A program made the position numbers and the translations under genes. The notes under the pieces are model-generated. The model was not told the origin of the DNA and did not search any database. It saw only the letters and a list, made by a program, of their open reading frames with translations. From NCBI GenBank assembly GCA_041747435.1, contig JBGTFE010000074.1:21824-45823 (forward strand): a DNA stretch of 24,000 nucleotides, in the 5' to 3' direction. Of this stretch, positions 15,379 through 22,494 are shown piece by piece. Origin of the DNA: Pyrinomonadaceae bacterium. Lineage in GTDB: Bacteria; Acidobacteriota; Blastocatellia; Pyrinomonadales; Pyrinomonadaceae. The stretch's first letter is position 1, and every line of letters begins with the position of its first letter.

Positions 15379-16290
15379 ATGAAAGTCGCCAAAACGTTAA
15401 AAAATCTTGGCGGGCTTGCCAAGCTGATGGTGTTTGGCATGCCGGACAATGCCGTCGGTTCGATTGACGTTACAAAACGCTGTAATCTGCGCTGTGAACA
15501 TTGTTATTTTTTCGCCGAAGAACACAAAGAGCGCGAACTGACGATCGAAGAATGGACGGAAAAATTCGAGGCGATGAAGGCGGCGGGCGATCCGATGTTG
15601 CTTTGCACATGGGTTGGCGGCGAACCGATGGTTCGCAAACCTTTGATCGACATTGGGCGGAAATATTTCAAACACAATACGGTTGTTACGAACGGCACGA
15701 TGGAATTGCCTGATTGGACGGATGTAACCTGGGTGATCTCGATTGACGGCACGGAAGAAGCGTTTGAAAAAATGCGTGCGCCGGGAATTTATAACAAAAT
15801 CAAGGACAATATAAAACGTCATCCAACTTTACGAATCCAGATTTCGTGTGTCATTACGAGTCTGACAAAAGACTGCATCGAAGATTTGGTCGAGGAATGG
15901 AAAGACCTCGCAAGCGGCGGAATTATTTTCGATTTCTTTACGCCGGTTAATAAATTGGACGAATCTCTGTGGCTCGATTGGGACGAGCGCGACGCGATGA
16001 TTGATAGAATCTTTGAACTCAAAAAGAAATATCCGGGCAAAATAAATATGCTCGATTCGACGCTCGATCTGATGCGTTCAAACAATTCAAAGAAAGTTAC
16101 GGATAATTGCTTATTTAAAGAAAAAGCTTTCACGCTCGGCGCGGACGGCAAAGACAAAGGCAAATGTATGATGGGCAACAACGCCGATTGCGACAAATGC
16201 GGTTGCGTCGTGCCGTTTTATATGGCGACGATGAATTCGCCAAAACTTCTCGTAAAAGAAGCCTTGAAAAAAGCCGTCGGCAGAAACTGA
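15379..16290 (+). CDS. Second, smaller radical SAM protein with a C-terminal Cys-rich (SPASM/twitch-like) motif
   Basis: 303 aa. C35-x3-C39-x2-C42 (CNLRCEHC), GGEP motif, and C-terminal CMMGNNADCDKCGC. It starts 2 nt after the stop of the upstream gene. Confidence 0.8.
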   Translation: MKVAKTLKNLGGLAKLMVFGMPDNAVGSIDVTKRCNLRCEHCYFFAEEHKERELTIEEWTEKFEAMKAAGDPMLLCTWVGGEPMVRKPLIDIGRKYFKHNTVVTNGTMELPDWTDVTWVISIDGTEEAFEKMRAPGIYNKIKDNIKRHPTLRIQISCVITSLTKDCIEDLVEEWKDLASGGIIFDFFTPVNKLDESLWLDWDERDAMIDRIFELKKKYPGKINMLDSTLDLMRSNNSKKVTDNCLFKEKAFTLGADGKDKGKCMMGNNADCDKCGCVVPFYMATMNSPKLLVKEALKKAVGRN

Positions 16291-16292
16291 TC

Positions 16293-17978
16293 TTAATCCA
16301 GATTCTCTAACAAGATTTCCAAACCTCTTTTCACGTCCGCGCCGAGATGCACACGCAAAGCGCGGCGTTTTCTATCCAATAAAACCTGAAAATCTCCGCG
16401 AGCCTGAGCAGATTTCACTACCCCGAATGTAAATTTTTGTTCGGGAACGGCGAAATCTTCCGCGTCGTCCGATGTGATTTGCAAAAACACGCCATTGTTT
16501 GCGCCGCCTTTGTAGGCTTGTCCGGTTGAATGAAGAAATCTTGGACCAAAACCGAGGCAGGTCGCGCAATTGTATTTCTTTAAGATCTTTTTCCGTATGG
16601 CTTGCAATAGTTCTTCGTTTTCCCGGTTCATTTCCACATATGCGAGCAGCGCAAAATAATCATTTTTCTTGACGCGTTCTAAATGCGTGGCGAGATAACC
16701 GGCGAGCGTTTTTTCGCGAACTCGCGCGCTGATGTCGGCGACATTGTCACCATCGGAAAAAAACTTGATTTCGTCTTCGAAAAATGCGTTTTCCGCGGGC
16801 AGCGAACCTTTTTCTTCGTATTCTTCGGTCAATTTTTTGGCTTCGATCTTTGCCGCTTCAACATCGGGCTGATTAAACGGATTGATTTTCATAATCGCGC
16901 CCGCGATAGCCGTCGCAAACTCCCAACGGAAAAATTCCTGTCCGAGATCCATCTTGTCTTCTAAAACGATTTTCACAAGCGGCAAACCCGAATTTTCCAA
17001 CAAAGCGATCCTTTCATCAAGAGAATTCTCGCGCGAATCTTTCAATTGTAAATAAGCAAAAACACGGTCGTCGCCATAATCTTCAAAGTCGAGCAGCGGT
17101 TCACGGTCAACGGGAATTATCGAAACGCCTTGTTTTCCGGTGCTCTCGGCAATAAGTTGTTCCATCCACGCGCCGACATCGTAAATCTCTGGCGATGTAA
17201 AAATCGTTAATTTATCGCGTTTGTTTTGATGGCAAACGCCTAGGATAATTCCGAGGATCGCACCCGTGTTTTCTCTTGGATCTTCAATTCTGCAATTTTC
17301 GACCATTTCCGAAGCGCGCTTCAAAAAATCTTCAACATCGATCTGCATAGCCGCCGCCGCTGTCATTCCGAAAGGCGAAAGCGCGGAAAATCTGCCGCCG
17401 ATCTCGGGATCGCCGAAAAGGATTTTCCGAAAATTGTCGTTTTCGGCGATCTGCTGCATTTTCGAGTCAGGATCGGTGATCGCGACAAACTGCTTTCCGG
17501 CGTTTTTGGCGCCGACAAATCCCGACACACGCTCGAAAAAATATTGTTTGAAACAATTCGGCTCGAGTGTCGAACCTGATTTGCTGGCGACAATAAAAAG
17601 CGTGTCGGCGAGATCCAATTTGCTTTCGAGCGTTTTGATCTGCGCCGGAACGGTCGAATCGAGGACGTGAAAATTCTTTTTGCCGAAGGTTATCGAAAAA
17701 ACTTCGGGACAAAGCGAACTGCCGCCCATTCCGAGCAAAACTATGTCTTTGAAATTTTTTGCGTCCGCCGCAAAATCGCGATATTTCTGCAAATCGTTCA
17801 AGTCCGCTTCAACGACGCCGAGCCAGCCGAGCCATTTCGCCTCGTCGTCACCGGTCCAAACGCTCGCGTCTTTTTGCCATATGCGCGCGATCTTATTTTC
17901 ATTTTGCCATTTATCCATTTCGGCGCGAACGGCTTTTCCCAAATCGTCCGGCAGCGAAAAAGTTAAAGAATTAAGCAT
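16293..17978 (-). CDS. pgi: Glucose-6-phosphate isomerase (the type found alone or fused to transaldolase)
   Basis: 561 aa. IWQKDASVWTGDDEAKWLGWLGV, LLGMGGSSLCPEV and ASKSGSTLEP are PGI/SIS-domain signatures. Confidence 0.82.
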   Translation of the reverse strand: MLNSLTFSLPDDLGKAVRAEMDKWQNENKIARIWQKDASVWTGDDEAKWLGWLGVVEADLNDLQKYRDFAADAKNFKDIVLLGMGGSSLCPEVFSITFGKKNFHVLDSTVPAQIKTLESKLDLADTLFIVASKSGSTLEPNCFKQYFFERVSGFVGAKNAGKQFVAITDPDSKMQQIAENDNFRKILFGDPEIGGRFSALSPFGMTAAAAMQIDVEDFLKRASEMVENCRIEDPRENTGAILGIILGVCHQNKRDKLTIFTSPEIYDVGAWMEQLIAESTGKQGVSIIPVDREPLLDFEDYGDDRVFAYLQLKDSRENSLDERIALLENSGLPLVKIVLEDKMDLGQEFFRWEFATAIAGAIMKINPFNQPDVEAAKIEAKKLTEEYEEKGSLPAENAFFEDEIKFFSDGDNVADISARVREKTLAGYLATHLERVKKNDYFALLAYVEMNRENEELLQAIRKKILKKYNCATCLGFGPRFLHSTGQAYKGGANNGVFLQITSDDAEDFAVPEQKFTFGVVKSAQARGDFQVLLDRKRRALRVHLGADVKRGLEILLENLD

Positions 17979-17985
17979 AGAAACA

Positions 17986-17991
17986 ATTTAT
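17986..17991 (-). promoter_or_regulatory. -10-like ATAAAT, 7 nt upstream of the pgi ATG
   Basis: The minus strand reads TGTGATAAAT-tgtttct-ATG. No Shine-Dalgarno sequence. Confidence 0.3.
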
Positions 17992-18046
17992 CACAATGCA
18001 GAAACGCCGCACTAAGTAAGGGTGTCTTTCGCGCTTCGTGCTTATA

Positions 18047-18064
18047 GCAAGCAAGGTTGCTTGC
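18047..18064. repeat. Perfect palindromic hairpin gcaagcaa-ggttgcttgc
   Basis: gcaagcaa and ttgcttgc are exact complements and directly adjacent, in the pgi/ada divergent region. Confidence 0.6.
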
Positions 18065-18076
18065 GCTCCAGTTAAA

Positions 18077-18095
18077 AAAATTGCAGCGCAATTTT
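18077..18095 (+). promoter_or_regulatory. Candidate Ada box / operator (palindrome aaaattgc-agc-gcaatttt)
   Basis: It contains AAT-N6-GCAA (18079-18091), which matches the E. coli Ada A-box/B-box spacing. The site is 45-57 nt upstream of the ada ATG. AAAATTGCA recurs at 18124-18132. Confidence 0.4.
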
Positions 18096-18122
18096 CGGAT
18101 AGATTTCGTGTTTTGCATCGAA

Positions 18123-18128
18123 TAAAAT
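18123..18128 (+). promoter_or_regulatory. -10-like TAAAAT, 7 nt upstream of the ada ATG
   Basis: TAAAAT-tgcaaac-ATG. No Shine-Dalgarno sequence. Confidence 0.3.
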
Positions 18129-18135
18129 TGCAAAC

Positions 18136-19167
18136 ATGGAAACGGAAATTTTTTGGAAAGCAATTCAAAAGAGCGATGCGAGATTTAATGGCGCATTTGT
18201 TTACGGCGTAAATTCGACGCACATTTACTGCAAACCGTCGTGCGCATCGAAACTGCCGAAACGCGAGAATGTCGAATTTTTCGAAGACTTTAATAAAGCT
18301 GAACGAAAAGGCTTTCGCGCGTGTCTGCGATGCTGCCCGAAGTCTGAAAAAGCTGATCCGCAAATCGAAAGCGTGTTGCGCGCCGTGGATATTCTTGCGT
18401 CCGGCGAGCAAATTTCGCTCGAAAATTTGAGCGCGGAATTAAATTTGAGCGCGGCGCATTTGCAGAAGGTTTTCAAGGAAATTATCGGCGTTTCGCCAAA
18501 GAAATTTGCGGAAATAAAACGTCTGGAACAATTTAAAAATGAGGTCAGAAAGGGAAGCGATGTAACCAGCGCGATGTATGATGCAGGTTTTGGTTCGTCG
18601 AGTCGCTTGTATGAAAACGTTTCCGCAAAACTCGGCATGACGCCGAAAACTTACGCCAAAAAAGGCGAAAATATGAGAATTGATTACACGATAACCGAAT
18701 GTAGTTTAGGAAAATTGCTGGTTGCGCGCACCGAAAAAGGCGTTTGCGCCGTCGCATTCGGAGACGATGAGCCGACATTGGCGGAAAATTTCTTTAATGA
18801 ATATAAAAACGCGGAGATCTCGGCAAACAGAAAAAATCTGAAAGATTTTGTTCGCGCGGTTATCGCAAACCTTGAGGGAAAAAACAAATCGCTGGATTTG
18901 CCACTCGATCTGCAGGGAAGCGCTTTTCAGATGCGCGTCTGGGACGCCTTGCGCAAAATTCCATATGGCGAAACGGTATCTTACTCGGACATCGCGGAAA
19001 AGATCGGCAATAATAACGCGGTTCGCGCCGTCGCGACGGCTTGCGCATCAAATCGCACGGCGCTAGTCGTTCCCTGTCATCGCGTCGTCGGAAAAAACGG
19101 AAATTTAAGTGGTTATCGCTGGGGAATCGAACGGAAACAGAAGCTTCTCGAAAAAGAAAGACGATAG
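18136..19167 (+). CDS. ada: Bifunctional Ada: methylphosphotriester-DNA methyltransferase / AraC-type regulator / O6-methylguanine-DNA methyltransferase
   Basis: 343 aa. The N-terminal Zn domain reads FVYGVNSTHIYCKPSC...GFRACLRCCP, followed by an AraC helix-turn-helix. The C-terminal MGMT domain has the VPCHRVV active site. Confidence 0.9.
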   Translation: METEIFWKAIQKSDARFNGAFVYGVNSTHIYCKPSCASKLPKRENVEFFEDFNKAERKGFRACLRCCPKSEKADPQIESVLRAVDILASGEQISLENLSAELNLSAAHLQKVFKEIIGVSPKKFAEIKRLEQFKNEVRKGSDVTSAMYDAGFGSSSRLYENVSAKLGMTPKTYAKKGENMRIDYTITECSLGKLLVARTEKGVCAVAFGDDEPTLAENFFNEYKNAEISANRKNLKDFVRAVIANLEGKNKSLDLPLDLQGSAFQMRVWDALRKIPYGETVSYSDIAEKIGNNNAVRAVATACASNRTALVVPCHRVVGKNGNLSGYRWGIERKQKLLEKERR

Positions 19168-19192
19168 ACTTTCAAATTCCTCGAATGGCTTG

Positions 19193-19198
19193 TAAAAT
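19193..19198 (+). promoter_or_regulatory. -10-like TAAAAT, 6 nt upstream of ATG 19205
   Basis: TGTAAAAT-cggcgt-ATG. No Shine-Dalgarno sequence. Confidence 0.3.
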
Positions 19199-19204
19199 CG
19201 GCGT

Positions 19205-20608
19205 ATGAAAATATTGCCGGTCTTTATTTTGCTTTTGGCTTTGAGTTCGGGTTGTTTTGCGCAAAATTGTCTCGAAATGGCGAAGGAAGTTAAGCCGACG
19301 CTTACCGACGCGACGCGGAAAACTTACGAAACAAAGCTTACCGAAGCCAAAGCCGATCTTGAAAAAAAGCCTAACAATGCCGACGCGATAATATGGTTCG
19401 GACGGCGGTCGGCTTATCTCGGAAATTACAAGGAAGCAATTGGAATTTTCGGCAAAGGTATCGAAAAATTTTCGAAAGATGCAAGATTTTATCGTCATCG
19501 CGGACATCGTTTTATCACGATTCGCTGTTTTGACGATGCCGTCAAAGATTTTGAAATGGCGGCAAAATTAGTAAAAAACAAAAAAGATGAGATCGAACCC
19601 GACGGCTTGCCGAATGCGCGAAACATCCCGACTTCGACGCTTCAATCAAACATTTTTTATCATCTCGGCTTGGCTTATTTTCTCAAAAAGGATTATAAAA
19701 ACGCCTTGAAAGCCTATAAAAATGCCGAAAAAGTTTCCAAAAATCCCGATATGCTCGTGGCGACAAAACATTGGCTTTATATGACTTTGCGGCGATTAAA
19801 TAAACTAAAAGAAGCTGAAAAATCGATTGCCAAAATTGCGGACAATCTCGACATAATCGAAAACGACGATTACTACAAATTAGTAAAACTCTATCAGGGA
19901 AAACTCAAAGCCGAAGATTTGATGACGCAGGACGCAAACTCTTTGAGCAATGCCTCACTCGGTTTCGGCATTGGAAATTGGTTTTTATACAACGGCGAAA
20001 ATGAAAAAGCCGAAAAGATATTTCGCCAAATCACATCGGGAAATCAATGGGCGAGTTTCGGTTTTATCGCGGCGGAAGCGGAATTGAAAAATTTTCAAAT
20101 AAATCAAAGCGCGATCTTTTGGATGGAACTCGAAAAATTATGCGGCAAAGCATTTGAAGGAACAGTGGCGAATGCGCCTCCCGACGACACGACTTTTAAA
20201 GATAAAAAACTCGTGATGCACGTTCGCGCATGCGAAAAAGACCGCATCAGAATCCCGTTTTTTGTCGGCGAAGACCGTTCGCGGACGTGGGTTTTGACGC
20301 GCCGCGCCGACCGCATTCTGCTCAAACACGATCATCGCCACGAAGACGGCACGCCCGACAAAACGACGATGTATGGCGGCTGGACGACGAGCGGCGGCGC
20401 GGCAAACCGCCAGATGTTTCCCGCCGATCAGGAAACCGCCGACCTGATTCCCGCCGCCGCCGCAAATGTCTGGTGGATAGATTTAACGCCGAACGAATCT
20501 TTCTCTTACAATCTGCGCCGGATGGGAACGGACAGATTTTTCAGCATCAAATTCGATCTGAAAAAAGAAATTCCCGCACCGACTGCGCCGTGGGGCTGGA
20601 AAGATTAA
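19205..20608 (+). CDS. Exported TPR-repeat protein with an unrelated GC-rich C-terminal domain
   Basis: 467 aa. MKILPVFILLLALSSGCFAQ is a signal peptide. TPR-like A/Y/L spacing runs through about aa 290. The C-terminal ~160 aa have a different character and composition. Confidence 0.65.
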   Translation: MKILPVFILLLALSSGCFAQNCLEMAKEVKPTLTDATRKTYETKLTEAKADLEKKPNNADAIIWFGRRSAYLGNYKEAIGIFGKGIEKFSKDARFYRHRGHRFITIRCFDDAVKDFEMAAKLVKNKKDEIEPDGLPNARNIPTSTLQSNIFYHLGLAYFLKKDYKNALKAYKNAEKVSKNPDMLVATKHWLYMTLRRLNKLKEAEKSIAKIADNLDIIENDDYYKLVKLYQGKLKAEDLMTQDANSLSNASLGFGIGNWFLYNGENEKAEKIFRQITSGNQWASFGFIAAEAELKNFQINQSAIFWMELEKLCGKAFEGTVANAPPDDTTFKDKKLVMHVRACEKDRIRIPFFVGEDRSRTWVLTRRADRILLKHDHRHEDGTPDKTTMYGGWTTSGGAANRQMFPADQETADLIPAAAANVWWIDLTPNESFSYNLRRMGTDRFFSIKFDLKKEIPAPTAPWGWKD

Positions 20609-20615
20609 AAAATCT

Positions 20616-21563
20616 ATGGACAATCTAAAAATCGGACTCGCACAGTTTGCGCCCGTTTGGATGAATCGTCAAAAGACGCTCGAAAAGGCTGTTCGTTTTG
20701 CGGAAGACGCGGCAAATCAGAATTGCGAACTCGTCGTTCTCGGCGGCGAAGCATGCGTCGGCGGTTATCCTTACTGGCTCGAACTGACGGGCGGCGCGGT
20801 TTTCAATTCACAAATTCAAAAGGAATTTTTCGCCGAATATTCCAACCAAGCTGTCGTCATCGAACGCGGCGATTTACAAATAATCTGCGATCTGGCGCGT
20901 GAAAAGAGCATTGCAATTTACATCGGCATCGTCGAAAAGCCGTCTGACCGGGGCGAAAGCCTTTTTGCCGCGCTCGTTTTTATTGATCGAAACGGCGAGA
21001 TAAAATCGGTTCAGCGCAAACTCGTGCCGACCTACGAAGAAAGATTAGTTTGGGCAAACGGCGACGGCAACGGTCTGCGCGTTCACAATGTCGGCGCGTT
21101 CACCGTCGGCGGTCTGAACTGCTGGGAAAACTGGAATCCCTTGGCACGCGCCGCGCTCTACGGGCAAGGCGAAGATTTTCACATCTGCGTTTTTCCCGGC
21201 GGCATTCACAACACGCACGACATCACGCGCTTCATCGCCAAAGAATCACGCTCATTCGTCGCGTCCGTTTCCTGCGTGATGAAAAAAGAAGATTTTCCCG
21301 AAAACACGATTTATCTCGACAAAATCCTAGAAAACGCACCCGACATATTATCAAACGGCGGAACATGCCTCGCCGCGCCCGACGGCGAATGGATCATCGA
21401 ACCTTTTACAACGGAAGAAAAACTCGTCGTCGCCGAAATCAACCACCAAAAAGTGTGCGAAGAACGCCAGAATTTAGACGTTGCCGGACATTATTCACGC
21501 CCTGACGTTTTGCAGTTGATGGTCAACAGAACGCGGCAGAAAATAATCAAATTCGATGAATAA
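20616..21563 (+). CDS. Nitrilase-family carbon-nitrogen hydrolase
   Basis: 315 aa. The catalytic triad context is present: LGGEACVGGYPYW (E), QRKLVPTYEERLVWANGDG (K), GGLNCWENWNPL (C). Confidence 0.88.
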   Translation: MDNLKIGLAQFAPVWMNRQKTLEKAVRFAEDAANQNCELVVLGGEACVGGYPYWLELTGGAVFNSQIQKEFFAEYSNQAVVIERGDLQIICDLAREKSIAIYIGIVEKPSDRGESLFAALVFIDRNGEIKSVQRKLVPTYEERLVWANGDGNGLRVHNVGAFTVGGLNCWENWNPLARAALYGQGEDFHICVFPGGIHNTHDITRFIAKESRSFVASVSCVMKKEDFPENTIYLDKILENAPDILSNGGTCLAAPDGEWIIEPFTTEEKLVVAEINHQKVCEERQNLDVAGHYSRPDVLQLMVNRTRQKIIKFDE

Positions 21564-21594
21564 TAAAAATTCTTTACGAGTATGTATAAATCTG

Positions 21595-21600
21595 TATAAT
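21595..21600 (+). promoter_or_regulatory. Consensus -10 TATAAT, 7 nt upstream of the brnT GTG, with TTTACG 16 nt further upstream
   Basis: TTTACG (21573-21578), 16 nt, TATAAT, tgagtct, GTG 21608. An in-frame stop at 21587-21589 precludes an earlier start. Confidence 0.4.
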
Positions 21601-21607
21601 TGAGTCT

Positions 21608-21895
21608 GTGAATTACACTTGGCACGAAGAAAAAGCTGAAGGAGTCCACCGCAAACACGCGATTGAGTTTGCGAAAATTACGGAAATTTTCAGCGATCCT
21701 TATGCCGTCGAATTCATAGACGAACAACATTCTACAGATGAAGAAACGCGCTACGCGATAATCGGCGCAACCCGTTACGGCGTGGTTTATCTGGTTTTTA
21801 CCGAAATAAGTGAAGACGAACTGCATTTTATCACGGCGCGTTTGGCAGAAAATTGGATGGTCAAAGAGTATGAAAAAAACAGGAAAAGATCTTGA
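21608..21895 (+). CDS. brnT: BrnT family (DUF497) toxin
   Basis: 95 aa. The pattern W-x3-K-x5-K-H-x-I-x-F...IFSDPYA...D..HS..E.R....G......LVFT......FITAR.A is the BrnT pattern. Confidence 0.85.
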   Translation: MNYTWHEEKAEGVHRKHAIEFAKITEIFSDPYAVEFIDEQHSTDEETRYAIIGATRYGVVYLVFTEISEDELHFITARLAENWMVKEYEKNRKRS

Positions 21896-22211
21896 AATGG
21901 AAACAAGTAAAGAAGCAAAAAAAGCGGGTTTAAAACGCATCGAACGCAGACATTTTGCCGAAAAAGACGAAGTGAAATTATCCGACTGCAAGGTGAAAAT
22001 CACGATAAATCTGGACGCGGACATTCTCGAATATTTCAAACAACGCGCCGCGCCGGCGCATTCCGCGCCGTATCAAACGCAAATCAACAACGAACTGCGC
22101 CGAACTATGGAAAATGACGATTCGCACAATGATTTGAGCAAAACCGCGCAGGAGCTTTTACAGGACGATAATTTTATCGGCGCGCTGAAAGATAAATTGA
22201 AAGCGGCTTGA
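21870..22211 (+). CDS. brnA: BrnA family antitoxin
   Basis: Starts at ATG 21870 (MKKTGKDLEM...) and overlaps the brnT 3' end by 26 nt. ITINLDADILEYFKQRA....PYQTQINNELRR matches the BrnA ribbon-helix-helix-like signature. The track start at 21810 lies inside brnT. Confidence 0.8.
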   Translation: MKKTGKDLEMETSKEAKKAGLKRIERRHFAEKDEVKLSDCKVKITINLDADILEYFKQRAAPAHSAPYQTQINNELRRTMENDDSHNDLSKTAQELLQDDNFIGALKDKLKAA

Positions 22212-22216
22212 AAGAT

Positions 22217-22245
22217 TTGATTGATATTAATTCCAGCGTTAAAGT
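22217..22245 (+). promoter_or_regulatory. Putative promoter TTGATT-17-TAAAGT, 6 nt upstream of GTG 22252
   Basis: The hexamers and spacing are seen directly. No Shine-Dalgarno sequence. Confidence 0.3.
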
Positions 22246-22251
22246 TCTATT

Positions 22252-22491
22252 GTGATAAATCTCGACAATCATGAAATTGAATTAACCTGCCCAAGTTGTG
22301 AGTTTTATTGTTATGTAACATTGAAGCAAGTCCGACTAAAAGACCCAGTAATATGTCGTGGGTGCAGAGCTACAATTAATTTCGATGATCACATGAATAC
22401 AACTCGAAAAACTCTGCGGTCTATAAATAGAGCAATGCGTGATTTAGAAGAAACTCTAAGAAATTTTGGAAATGTAACAACTAAATTATAA
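22252..22491 (+). CDS. Small zinc-ribbon protein (79 aa), hypothetical
   Basis: C13-x2-C16 ... C35-x2-C38 (CPSC ... CRGC) followed by a basic, helical tail. Very AT-rich. The only in-frame start is GTG. Confidence 0.55.
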   Translation: MINLDNHEIELTCPSCEFYCYVTLKQVRLKDPVICRGCRATINFDDHMNTTRKTLRSINRAMRDLEETLRNFGNVTTKL

Positions 22492-22494
22492 AAT

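Noticed and set aside
17971-18411. 146-aa minus-strand ORF overlapping the ada 5' region
   Set aside because: It is antisense to the strongly supported Ada Zn-finger domain, has an R/F/C-rich translation, and would overlap the pgi start.
20230-20628. 132-aa + strand ORF inside the TPR-protein C-terminal region
   Set aside because: It is an extremely Arg-rich off-frame product of a GC-rich segment. The main frame gives a sensible globular sequence.
21491-22039. 182-aa minus-strand ORF opposite brnT/brnA
   Set aside because: It is antisense to two genes with clear family signatures. The open frame is explained by AT-rich sequence with few stops in that frame.
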